Shown piece after piece: positions 47,711-56,298 of a stretch of DNA of 64,000 bases. A program made the position numbers and the translations under genes. Origin of the DNA: a virus. Its lineage: Duplodnaviria > Heunggongvirae > Uroviricota > Caudoviricetes. Position 1 is the first letter of the stretch, and every line of letters begins with the position of its first letter. The stretch lies in the IMG/VR virus record IMGVR_UViG_3300035698_015309. One strand, 5' to 3'. Below the pieces are notes generated by a model. It saw only the letters and a program-made list of their open reading frames with translations. It had not been told where the DNA came from and did no database searches.

Positions 47711-48267
47711 CAGTATTCCGGCCCCATCTTCAACGTCCACACCAGCTTCTTGATGTCCTCGACGGTCTCGTCATCGTGCAGTTTGAACTCCAGCGTCCCC
47801 ATGTGCGGGATCTCGATGATCAACTGATCGTCCTTGTAACAGACGTGGCTGGGGTCAGTGCGGTCGAAGCAGCCGCACTCCATCGCCTTTCCGGGGGTCT
47901 CCCACCGGACGTAGGCCGAGGAGATGTGAAATATCGTGGTCCCAAAGGTCAGGTGGACCTCTTTGTCCACCTGGATGGGTTGCTGCTGCACGCATGCGGG
48001 CCTGTCTTCTTTGTGCATCACCAGCAACGTGGTCAGGGACATTCGCAGAGCGCTGGCTTCCGAGGTGGATGCGAGGTTTGTGGTTTTGGCCAGCAGCAGG
48101 CGCACGTCTTCGGGGGTGATGTCAGCGGCCTTACGGTCTTGCAGCAGCCCTTTTCCCAAGGCAGCAAAGATGAGGGCTGCTCCGGCCTGTTTGTGTTGGA
48201 CCTGAAGCAGGCACCGGTGAAAGTCGATCACATCCTTCAGGTCTTCGGTCCAGTTGGGATTCGCCAT
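47707..48267 (-). CDS. hypothetical protein
   Basis: GGAGG RBS; follows class-A promoter. Confidence 0.65.
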   Translation of the reverse strand: MANPNWTEDLKDVIDFHRCLLQVQHKQAGAALIFAALGKGLLQDRKAADITPEDVRLLLAKTTNLASTSEASALRMSLTTLLVMHKEDRPACVQQQPIQVDKEVHLTFGTTIFHISSAYVRWETPGKAMECGCFDRTDPSHVCYKDDQLIIEIPHMGTLEFKLHDDETVEDIKKLVWTLKMGPEYC

Positions 48268-48297
48268 GGGTTCCTCCGTGGTTTTCCATCACCTTAA

Positions 48298-48323
48298 CTA
48301 CTCCCATCATGTCAGAGATGATC
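48298..48323 (-). promoter_or_regulatory. class-A phage promoter
   Basis: GATCATCT-N12-GAGTAG. Confidence 0.8.
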
Positions 48324-48380
48324 CTCTCAGCCGAAACATCAAGTGCCCCTTTGGAGTAGAACAGGCAGGAGGTTGTTGAA

Positions 48381-48791
48381 ATGCAGATCACTGAGATGCT
48401 GGACAAGGTCACAGCCCAATGCCCGGAGGCCGATGGCTGTCCCGTGCTGGCCGAGGTCCGGGAGAAGTACATGGCTGGGGAGTGGGGGGACGCCCTCCGT
48501 TACCTGAAGATGGGCGTGGGACCCTGCGGGAAGGCCGTGACGGCGTGTTGTCCTGAGGGTGAGGCTCTGTTCCAGGCTGTCCATGATGAGGAGAAGGGAC
48601 GGCTCATGCTTCTCTGGGAGGAAGCCTTCGGAGCCAAGCCTTTGGAGATCGATTTCATCTGCGCCAACCCCTCCAAGCTGAATGCCATCAAGGAAGCAAT
48701 GAAGCTCGTAGACGTGATCCCCCTGACGTTCTCCCTCCAGGAGCACCCGTCCGGGCGTCACGACGTTGTGCGTTTTACAGTGGAACTTTAG
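48381..48791 (+). CDS. hypothetical protein
   Basis: AGGAGG RBS. Confidence 0.6.
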   Translation: MQITEMLDKVTAQCPEADGCPVLAEVREKYMAGEWGDALRYLKMGVGPCGKAVTACCPEGEALFQAVHDEEKGRLMLLWEEAFGAKPLEIDFICANPSKLNAIKEAMKLVDVIPLTFSLQEHPSGRHDVVRFTVEL

Positions 48792-48804
48792 CAGGAGGTA
48801 ACAG

Positions 48805-49701
48805 ATGGGTGGTTCAAGCTATGATGTGTCAGTCGGCACAGCGGACTCGGGACGGTCGTACTCAACGGGTTCGGCCCGGACGTTCAGCGGCACAACGCAG
48901 GCAGACTCGACGGTTGTCCCCGACAAGACGACCAAGCTCTCCACGGACGTCAAGCACCCGGTCGTGGTGGCCCTCGACGTCACGGGGTCCATGGGAGACT
49001 CCGCCCGCATCATGTACGACAAGATGCCGATGTTCTGGGGCCAGATCGAGCAGCAGGGCTACCTGACGGACCCGGCTCTTTCCTTCTGCTGCGTCGGGGA
49101 CGTGTTCTCGGACCGTGCCCCGCTCCAGGTGACGCCGTTCGAGAAGGCTAAGGCCATCCATCCCTGGCTCAAGAAGCTCTGGCTGGAAGGCGGTGGCGGC
49201 GGGACGATGCAGGAGAGCTACGACATGGCAGCGGCGTTCTACGTCAACCAGTGCGACATCCCCAATGCCGTGAAGCCGTTCTTCTTCTTCATCGGAGACG
49301 AGGGCTACTACCCGATGACGGACGGATTCCCCAACGACGTGGTCTTCCAGGGACTCATGGAAAAGTTCGAGGTGTTCCACATCCACTGGCCCTATTGCGG
49401 GAGTCGCTACACCCAGCAGGACGAGGCCATTGTCGCTCAGTGGCGCACCCTGATGGCGGAGCGTTTCCTCCTCCTCCCGGATCCCAAGGCCATCGTGGAC
49501 ACGATGCTCGGTCTCATCGCTATGGTGTGCGAGTCCCGGACCTTGGATGAATACATCCAGGATATGAAGGACCGGGGCCAGAGCGAGGAACGGATCGAGA
49601 CGGTCACCACGACCATCAAGGGTTACACCGAGTCGCTGGCTGCGAAGTCGAAGCCCCTGGGGAAGAAGGTCAAAGCGAAGACGAAGAAGGCGAAGAAGTA
49701 G
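48805..49701 (+). CDS. vWA-domain protein
   Basis: MIDAS-like VALDVTGSMG, GGGGG..ESY, FFFIGDEG. Confidence 0.8.
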   Translation: MGGSSYDVSVGTADSGRSYSTGSARTFSGTTQADSTVVPDKTTKLSTDVKHPVVVALDVTGSMGDSARIMYDKMPMFWGQIEQQGYLTDPALSFCCVGDVFSDRAPLQVTPFEKAKAIHPWLKKLWLEGGGGGTMQESYDMAAAFYVNQCDIPNAVKPFFFFIGDEGYYPMTDGFPNDVVFQGLMEKFEVFHIHWPYCGSRYTQQDEAIVAQWRTLMAERFLLLPDPKAIVDTMLGLIAMVCESRTLDEYIQDMKDRGQSEERIETVTTTIKGYTESLAAKSKPLGKKVKAKTKKAKK

Positions 49702-49709
49702 GAGGGCGG

Positions 49710-50984
49710 ATGCACTACGTTGTAGGGGGACTTCTCTTCGGGGACGAGGGGAAGGGTCACACGGTAGCCAAGCTGACCGATGTACTGGGGGCGAAAGCTA
49801 ACATCAGGTTCTCCGGTGGGTGCCAAGCGGCACACAGGGTCGTTCGGGGTGATGTCAGCCACATCTTCGCTCAGTTCGGTTCCGGGTGTGCTGTGTCCTC
49901 CATCGTCCAGACCTTCATCACGGACAAGATGGCCTGGAATCCCCTGAGCTTGATTCGTGAAGCCGATGCCCATCGGACCAATGGCCTGGGGGATCTCCTC
50001 TTACGTTTGCACATTTCCCCCAACTGCCCCACGACGACGTGGTATCACCGGGCGCTGAACAGGGCACGGGAAGTCCATCGTGAGGTTGCCGAAGGTGGTC
50101 GATTATCCTCGGTGGGCCTCGGGGTAGGGGACACTTTCGATGATGTTCGGAACCACCCTGAACTGGTGCTTCGTGCCGGTGCCGCTATCCAGGGATACCT
50201 CCAGGGCAACGCTCGATCCACCCACCGGATCGAGCTGGCGGACAAGCTGGAGGCGATCAGGGTCGCCAAGAATGAGATTGTTGAATTATTCTGCCCCGAT
50301 GCCCAGGCTCTGTACAGGAAAGAACTGGGGGTGTGTTATCACAGCGCCCATCTGTACGCTGAGAAACTCCATGAGTTGAGTTCGATCCTTGGTTCCTGCA
50401 TCAAGCGGGGATTCCAGGATGTGCTTTACAGTTACCTGAGAGGCGGTCCCTGTATTTTCGAGGGTTCTCAGGGGGCTCTCCTGGACAGGGACATTGGGAC
50501 CATTCCGTTCATCACTCATTCCAGAACGGTTGTCAGTGAGGCCCTGCCGTACCTGGGGGACTTTGAACACACGATGCTGGGGGTCACCCGCACCTACGCC
50601 CACAGGCACGGCGTCGGGCCGTTGCCGACCGAGAACTCGGTCCTGGCCAGCACCGACCCGCACAACGTCTTCAACGAGTGGCAACAGGGGTTCCGCATGG
50701 GTGACCTGGACCTCCCCCTGCTTCGGTACTCCGTGGGGTCCATGAAAGGTCTCGACGGGATCGTGGTCACACACATGGATCAGATCCCCGAGTCCAAACG
50801 CTACTGTGACCAGTACGATGGCATGGGCAACCGGACCATTCGGGATCTGGCGCTGTGTCACAACCCCGTGCCTCGTTACGAAACCTACGATGACGTGATT
50901 GAACTATTGACGAGGGAACTGGGACTGCCGGTGGTAGCACAGTCTTGGAGTGACAAAGACAAATGGACAAACATAAAAGTGTAA
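49710..50984 (+). CDS. purA: adenylosuccinate synthetase-like protein (divergent clade)
   Basis: GDEGKG, RFSGGCQAAH, FEGSQGALLD, RTYAHRHGVGPLPTE. Confidence 0.8.
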   Translation: MHYVVGGLLFGDEGKGHTVAKLTDVLGAKANIRFSGGCQAAHRVVRGDVSHIFAQFGSGCAVSSIVQTFITDKMAWNPLSLIREADAHRTNGLGDLLLRLHISPNCPTTTWYHRALNRAREVHREVAEGGRLSSVGLGVGDTFDDVRNHPELVLRAGAAIQGYLQGNARSTHRIELADKLEAIRVAKNEIVELFCPDAQALYRKELGVCYHSAHLYAEKLHELSSILGSCIKRGFQDVLYSYLRGGPCIFEGSQGALLDRDIGTIPFITHSRTVVSEALPYLGDFEHTMLGVTRTYAHRHGVGPLPTENSVLASTDPHNVFNEWQQGFRMGDLDLPLLRYSVGSMKGLDGIVVTHMDQIPESKRYCDQYDGMGNRTIRDLALCHNPVPRYETYDDVIELLTRELGLPVVAQSWSDKDKWTNIKV

Positions 50985-51372
50985 TGCCTGATGTGACCCG
51001 GATCGTAAAATGCCGGAGTTGCCATTCTCGTTACGTAGTCCCTCCAGGAATTGGGGCCGTCTGTCCCAAATGCGGTTGCATTCCCATGTATGTCAGTAGT
51101 ACGGGAAGTGTTCTCGTGCAACAACTAGGTGTGGACATCCCACGTATAGATTGAGCGCAGTCCGGGAGTTTGTCCTTGAATTTTCCGGCACGCTGTTTCT
51201 TTGGCCCCATGGAAGTTCTCGCCCAACTCGCAGGGTTTCACAAGTAGGAGTTACCCTAAACTCCTCGGCCACTGGAAACTCCTGCACCATACTAGCCGAA
51301 AACTTTTACTTGACAAAGCTTCAAGACTTCTGGGGTACTGTCTAAGAACGCAGTCCATCATAGGAGTATCCC

Positions 51373-51957
51373 ATGCGTTGGCCTTTCAGACTTCCGCCCC
51401 GTTCCTTTCCGATCCTATCACCAGCAATGCTGACCGCCCTGAAGAACACTCTGACCCGTCTGTTGTTCTTCCCTTTTCAAGCGGGAGACCGCACGATTCT
51501 CCTGGGGGCCAGGGATGGGGTCGACCGTTTACGGTTAGCTCCTGATGAGGTGTTTTACGCTACCCTGGACGGGCACGTGTGGTGCAAGGATGGGAAGCCC
51601 TTTATTGTGGACCTTCCCACGGCGTTGCTCTACGAACTCATCACATCGACAGTCCCTGGCGTTACTCGGTTCCTGACCCATGGTATGAAAAGGAAGCCAC
51701 GAGCGGTTCATCCGCCGGTCACTCCCCTGTCCTCTTACAAGGGTCCCCACAAGAAGGCAACACCGGAGGAGGTAGACTCCTTCAACGCTGACATCTTGGA
51801 GACGTTCGGACCGGACACTCTGGGGCTAGGGGTGATCCCAGAGAGGGACGAGGTCGGCTTCATCACCGAGGAACCTGAAAATGATGATGTGACTTTCCTT
51901 GCCGAGGACGAGGAAGTCGTCTTCAAGGAAGCCGCTAACGGTGATGACGGAGAATAG
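51373..51957 (+). CDS. hypothetical protein
   Basis: AGGAG RBS; acidic C-terminus. Confidence 0.55.
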   Translation: MRWPFRLPPRSFPILSPAMLTALKNTLTRLLFFPFQAGDRTILLGARDGVDRLRLAPDEVFYATLDGHVWCKDGKPFIVDLPTALLYELITSTVPGVTRFLTHGMKRKPRAVHPPVTPLSSYKGPHKKATPEEVDSFNADILETFGPDTLGLGVIPERDEVGFITEEPENDDVTFLAEDEEVVFKEAANGDDGE

Positions 51958-52978
51958 GAATGAGGTGCCTGCGGTATTTCGGATGCGTCTGAGCGAGGCG
52001 TAGTACCCCAGTTCTTAAGGAACTCTTCTTTCCCTTATCCCGTTTCTTGAGGTACCTTTTCTTCCGCTTTTTGATGTCGTCCGGCAGGGCTAGAGGCTTT
52101 CCCTGGAAGTCTTCACGGTAAACACCGGGCATCTCATCCGCACGATCCAGCATGTCCTTCATCGTGACACCGACCCGGATCACGTTCATCGTGCGCTTGG
52201 GGTCAATGGTCAGGAGAGCGGCCCAGCGATGGTGCCCATCCAGAATGTGGCCATCGGAGGAGATTACGATCTGATCCCCGATGTTGGGGAAGGTGCCCTT
52301 CAGATGTGAGTCTGCCATCCCAAAGGTCTTCCCTGCTTTGATCTCCTTCTGGGTTGCCTTGAGTTGACCGACCGGCACTTTCTCAGGTTTGACGGTCACG
52401 CCTTCGCCCTTGAGAGTGTCCAACATTTGATTAAGGATCGTGCGGTCATCATCCGGGTCGGCTCCCGCTTCCACAGCAGCTTTCCCCTTGGCACGGGCAC
52501 CTTCGTCGGAACTGCCATCCTTCTTTGTCGCATCCAGCATTTCTTTGACGGACATATCTCCGGGGATCTGTGGCATCTTGTCACGGGACAGCCCCAGGTT
52601 CCCATCACACACGGGAGGAGAGAGTTTGCAGACGTCAGCGGATTTGTCGATCCCTTCGCTCAACTTCTTGGCGATTTCGATGGCCTGGTCAATGTCATCC
52701 CCGACAACGTCAAGATGATATTTGTCCAACCTATCCCGGACTTCCTGGGGAAGACCTTTGGCTTTCTCTTTGGCCTTCTCCACGTCGGTCGTCCCAACAC
52801 CCTTGCCCCCCTTGGGTTTGTCCTCGGGGGCTTTGCTCTTACCATCAGGGCTTTTGACCTTGTGTCTGTGCGGGTCTGCCTTGGGGTGTTCCCTCAGATA
52901 ATCCTTCAGAGCGTCTTCGTTGGAGAACTCAATGGCGTTGACGTATCGGCAGGCCAGCCTTTGTGCTGGTGTCCTCAC
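51935..52978 (-). CDS. ParB/Srx-like domain protein with terminal peptide motifs
   Basis: GNLGLSRDKMPQI, LKATQKEI, ISSDGHILDGHHRWAA. Confidence 0.7.
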   Translation of the reverse strand: MRTPAQRLACRYVNAIEFSNEDALKDYLREHPKADPHRHKVKSPDGKSKAPEDKPKGGKGVGTTDVEKAKEKAKGLPQEVRDRLDKYHLDVVGDDIDQAIEIAKKLSEGIDKSADVCKLSPPVCDGNLGLSRDKMPQIPGDMSVKEMLDATKKDGSSDEGARAKGKAAVEAGADPDDDRTILNQMLDTLKGEGVTVKPEKVPVGQLKATQKEIKAGKTFGMADSHLKGTFPNIGDQIVISSDGHILDGHHRWAALLTIDPKRTMNVIRVGVTMKDMLDRADEMPGVYREDFQGKPLALPDDIKKRKKRYLKKRDKGKKSSLRTGVLRLAQTHPKYRRHLIPILRHHR

Positions 52979-52979
52979 G

Positions 52980-53309
52980 TCAGTTCTCCAACTTAGTGAT
53001 GATCTTGCTGGCCAGGGCCTTTACCGTTAAGCCCACAGCCCGGCCCAACTTGATGGAACCGACTAGGGCTGCCGGTCGTCCTGAAGCGAGAGCACCGTGG
53101 CTCAACACCTGAAGGTCTCCGTTGGGCAGGAAACCCACGTAGATGTAGCTGTACCCAATGCTGGCAGGGGTCAACATCTTAGCAGCAGATTGCCCGTTGG
53201 GTTCAACCTTGGAATCGGGGATGGTCCGACTGACCTTTTCCAGAACTGCCATGCAGTACATCTGGAGGGCATCTCCCAGGGTGTTCTGAGCGTTCAGTTT
53301 TCCGGCCAT
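52980..53309 (-). CDS. hypothetical protein
   Basis: GAGG RBS; coupled to 52978. Confidence 0.55.
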   Translation of the reverse strand: MAGKLNAQNTLGDALQMYCMAVLEKVSRTIPDSKVEPNGQSAAKMLTPASIGYSYIYVGFLPNGDLQVLSHGALASGRPAALVGSIKLGRAVGLTVKALASKIITKLEN

Positions 53310-53310
53310 T

Positions 53311-54639
53311 TTGCACCTCTATCCATTCGATGTTTATAAGGAGGCTACCGTCGACAGTGCCTTTGGAGTAGACAAGAAGGATGAAAGCAAAACACACCCT
53401 CATCCACTGATGGGCAGCTACACACCATGGACGCCACAAGATTGGGCTGTCGTTGAGGAGGCCAACGTTAATGGTCTGACGACTACCAAGATCCACTCTC
53501 TCAACCTTCTTCCTGGACGCAGTGTCCTTGACATCCAAAATGCGTTGGGACGTTTTCGGGCGTCCCTTAGAGGGCAGTGCCCCAAGTGTCGGAAACCGTT
53601 TCCCCCTGATGAAGTGATGAGTGGCCACAATTATTGTTCTGCTTGTCGCAAAAAGATTAGAACGAGACAGAGTGATCTTGCAGAGAAGGGTCTTTGTTCT
53701 GCCTGCGGGAGTGATCGTACTGGAGGCAGTGTCCGTCTTTGTGTAAGATGTTTGGAAAGGGTACGGAAAAAGAACAAAAACTACAGGAACAGGGTCCGCC
53801 AATCATGCGATAAGGCTTCAGCATCCCCACAGTATCTTTTCCCCTGGCCTGGGGCGGTTGCCCGAAAAACCATCGCTCCCTTCATGGCAGGTAGAGAGGT
53901 GATCGACCTGTTCGGAGGGGCCAGCAAGATAGCGATGGCTGTGTCCGAATATGGGGGCACCGTGGTGGCTTGGAACGACCTGCATCCCCTCCTCTGGCGG
54001 TTCACCAATGATCTGGTGTCTGACCCGGATCCTCTCCTGGCTGATATCCGGGCGCTCCGAGGGCAGATGTGCAAGACATGGCCTAGAGACAGGCTGCTCT
54101 CCCGTTACCAAGAGGCCATGGAAAACCCTCTGGAGGACCCCCTGGGGTCGGCTCTGTTTTACTGGGCATCCCGGATGTTTAGCTCAGGGTCCGCCAAACG
54201 GATTAACTCGCCCGCCGAGGGGCCACCGGGGTCCTCACGCCAACCTCCGGTGCAAGCCGTAGAGGGGGTCACGAGGGCGCTCCAGGGGGCAACCCTGACA
54301 CGCCTGGACTTCTCTGAGGTTCTCGGGAATGGTGTAGACAAAGAGGGTCGGGTGATCATTGCCGATCCACCGTGGCCTGGAAGTGGTAACTTCGAGTTCC
54401 ATTTGGAGGGGCGGCACACGGACCTTGTACGGTCTCTCGTGGCTGCCCGCTCCGACTTTGTGCTGCTCCTGTCCTCATCCCAAGCCACCCAACAGATCCT
54501 CGCTGAGGCTCTTCCCAAAACGGGCGGACGCAAGGTCCACCTTTACTACCGGCAGGGTGTCCTGGGGAAAGAAGTTATCGCCACGACGATCCCGATGGGT
54601 GACGGTGTGGGAATCTCTCTGATGAAGCGTCCTCGATAA
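53311..54639 (+). CDS. Zn-finger / D12-class DNA adenine methyltransferase-like fusion
   Basis: Four CxxC pairs, then DLFGGA (motif I), NDLHP and IADPPW (motif IV). Confidence 0.65.
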   Translation: MHLYPFDVYKEATVDSAFGVDKKDESKTHPHPLMGSYTPWTPQDWAVVEEANVNGLTTTKIHSLNLLPGRSVLDIQNALGRFRASLRGQCPKCRKPFPPDEVMSGHNYCSACRKKIRTRQSDLAEKGLCSACGSDRTGGSVRLCVRCLERVRKKNKNYRNRVRQSCDKASASPQYLFPWPGAVARKTIAPFMAGREVIDLFGGASKIAMAVSEYGGTVVAWNDLHPLLWRFTNDLVSDPDPLLADIRALRGQMCKTWPRDRLLSRYQEAMENPLEDPLGSALFYWASRMFSSGSAKRINSPAEGPPGSSRQPPVQAVEGVTRALQGATLTRLDFSEVLGNGVDKEGRVIIADPPWPGSGNFEFHLEGRHTDLVRSLVAARSDFVLLLSSSQATQQILAEALPKTGGRKVHLYYRQGVLGKEVIATTIPMGDGVGISLMKRPR

Positions 54640-54687
54640 GCCTCCTATTGGTACAGTGTTCTTAGGCAGTAACGCCAAGGGGGCACT

Positions 54688-55722
54688 ATGACGACACTGA
54701 GACGAGGGATGCGAGGGGTCGAGGTTGCGGTCCTTCAGGACAAGCTGACTCAGGCGGGGTTCGGGTGTGGTCCCATCGACGGCATCTTCGGGGGCGGGAC
54801 AGACATCGCTGTCAAGGCTTTCCAGAAGCACAAGGGTCTGACAACTGACGGGATCGTCGGCAACCAGACCTGGGCAGCATTGGATGCCATCGCCCCCACG
54901 GTTCCCGTGGACCCAAGCATCATCGACACCTACGCTGAGGTCATCGCCCTTCCTTGCGGTCTGCCCCGGAACGAGCGGGACCGCCGGTTCAGCGATGCAC
55001 TCAAGCTCCAGCAGACCTGCGACGGTGGCCAGGGCTTCCACTACTGCGGCTGGTCGAACCCCTACCTGTACGGCAGCAAAGAGTTCCGAGCGGGGGATCT
55101 GGGCTTCCCGATGCCCGATGGTTCCATCTCGTCGGTCGCTCCGGGCCACGACCTTAAGGCACCTCTCCACGGTGGGACGTGCAGCCCCTGGACCGGATGG
55201 TTCATGGGCTGGTGGCTCGCCGCCAACGGGGACTTCAACTTCAGGGTCGGGAGGAGCGCCTCCTACATTGTGGACTGGCCCCATGACAAAATCTACAAGA
55301 ACACGAAGATCCCTGGCTTCGCTGAGTACTGCGAATCGGATGGCACCCGGCTACGGAAGGCTTCCATGTCCACCCTCTACACACAGTGGGAGTGGCTGAA
55401 TCAGGTCAACGTGCTGCCCATGTCCCATCACATCGTCCTGGCCATCAAGGTGGGCGGCGACGACGGCTTCTGGTTGGAGGATCCCCACAACCCCGGCCAG
55501 CCCATTCCGAGCGGCATCTATAGGTTCGGTGCGGACGGGAACTACCCCGTCGTCGGAGGGAAGAAGTTCTACTCAGGGGCCAGGCAGACCTGGCGTCGAA
55601 TGACGGACAGGGAGTCGGTGGGCCAGTCTTGGCGTACCTGCCGGGTCACGAACAACTCCGAGATCACGGGTACTCCCGAGGCCGGACCCTTCGGCGGACG
55701 TCCGAGTTGGGAACTGACCTAG
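54688..55722 (+). CDS. putative endolysin: PG-binding domain + uncharacterised catalytic domain
   Basis: LRRGMRG.EV..LQ..L...DGIFG..T..AVKAFQ..KGL..DGIVG..TW. Confidence 0.75.
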   Translation: MTTLRRGMRGVEVAVLQDKLTQAGFGCGPIDGIFGGGTDIAVKAFQKHKGLTTDGIVGNQTWAALDAIAPTVPVDPSIIDTYAEVIALPCGLPRNERDRRFSDALKLQQTCDGGQGFHYCGWSNPYLYGSKEFRAGDLGFPMPDGSISSVAPGHDLKAPLHGGTCSPWTGWFMGWWLAANGDFNFRVGRSASYIVDWPHDKIYKNTKIPGFAEYCESDGTRLRKASMSTLYTQWEWLNQVNVLPMSHHIVLAIKVGGDDGFWLEDPHNPGQPIPSGIYRFGADGNYPVVGGKKFYSGARQTWRRMTDRESVGQSWRTCRVTNNSEITGTPEAGPFGGRPSWELT

Positions 55723-56237
55723 TCTGCTCCCAGGTACATCCACACCCCCAATGTTATAGGACCAATGACTCTGTCAGGAAGGAGTGCGTGTTGCATCTGG
55801 AACATCCCGATTGCGTTGGGTGCAAGGTCTACCTTCGGGTTGAAGGGCAGGAAGAGTTGGCCCCCCTCGAAGTAAATGATGAGATTCCACTCGTGTGCTA
55901 CCATTTGATTCTGGATGTTTTGATGTACCAGCGTAGGGAATGACACTCGACCTGCTCGGATGTCATCCTCAGTCGCCACCAACCCCCGGAAGTAGAAGGT
56001 ACCTGCGGATTTCCAGAGGGGAGCCGAGCAGCAGATGATTGGATCACCCGTCGCTGGGTCTTCAACCTCGGCTACGACTTGGTCTATGAAGCTGACACCC
56101 AAGGCCCCACTCGGTTGCTCAATGACCTTGCAAGCTGGGTCTCGTTCCCCCGGTGGTGCCTCTACATCCACAGTGCGGGTGATGGCCCCGTCCTGGAGAA
56201 GGAAGCGAGCGATAGTGCGTCGTTCGGTGAAGCCCAT
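55719..56237 (-). CDS. hypothetical protein
   Basis: ORF. Confidence 0.5.
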   Translation of the reverse strand: MGFTERRTIARFLLQDGAITRTVDVEAPPGERDPACKVIEQPSGALGVSFIDQVVAEVEDPATGDPIICCSAPLWKSAGTFYFRGLVATEDDIRAGRVSFPTLVHQNIQNQMVAHEWNLIIYFEGGQLFLPFNPKVDLAPNAIGMFQMQHALLPDRVIGPITLGVWMYLGAD

Positions 56238-56298
56238 TAATGCCTGGTTTCGAGATATTGGACAAACTTACCCAATTCTCTGGCGTCCTTTCACCACC

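Noticed and set aside
49710-50984. PurZ (Z-base genome) candidate
   Set aside because: Has the canonical GDEGKG with catalytic Asp rather than the GSTGKG typical of PurZ; no mazZ/datZ-like neighbour recognised
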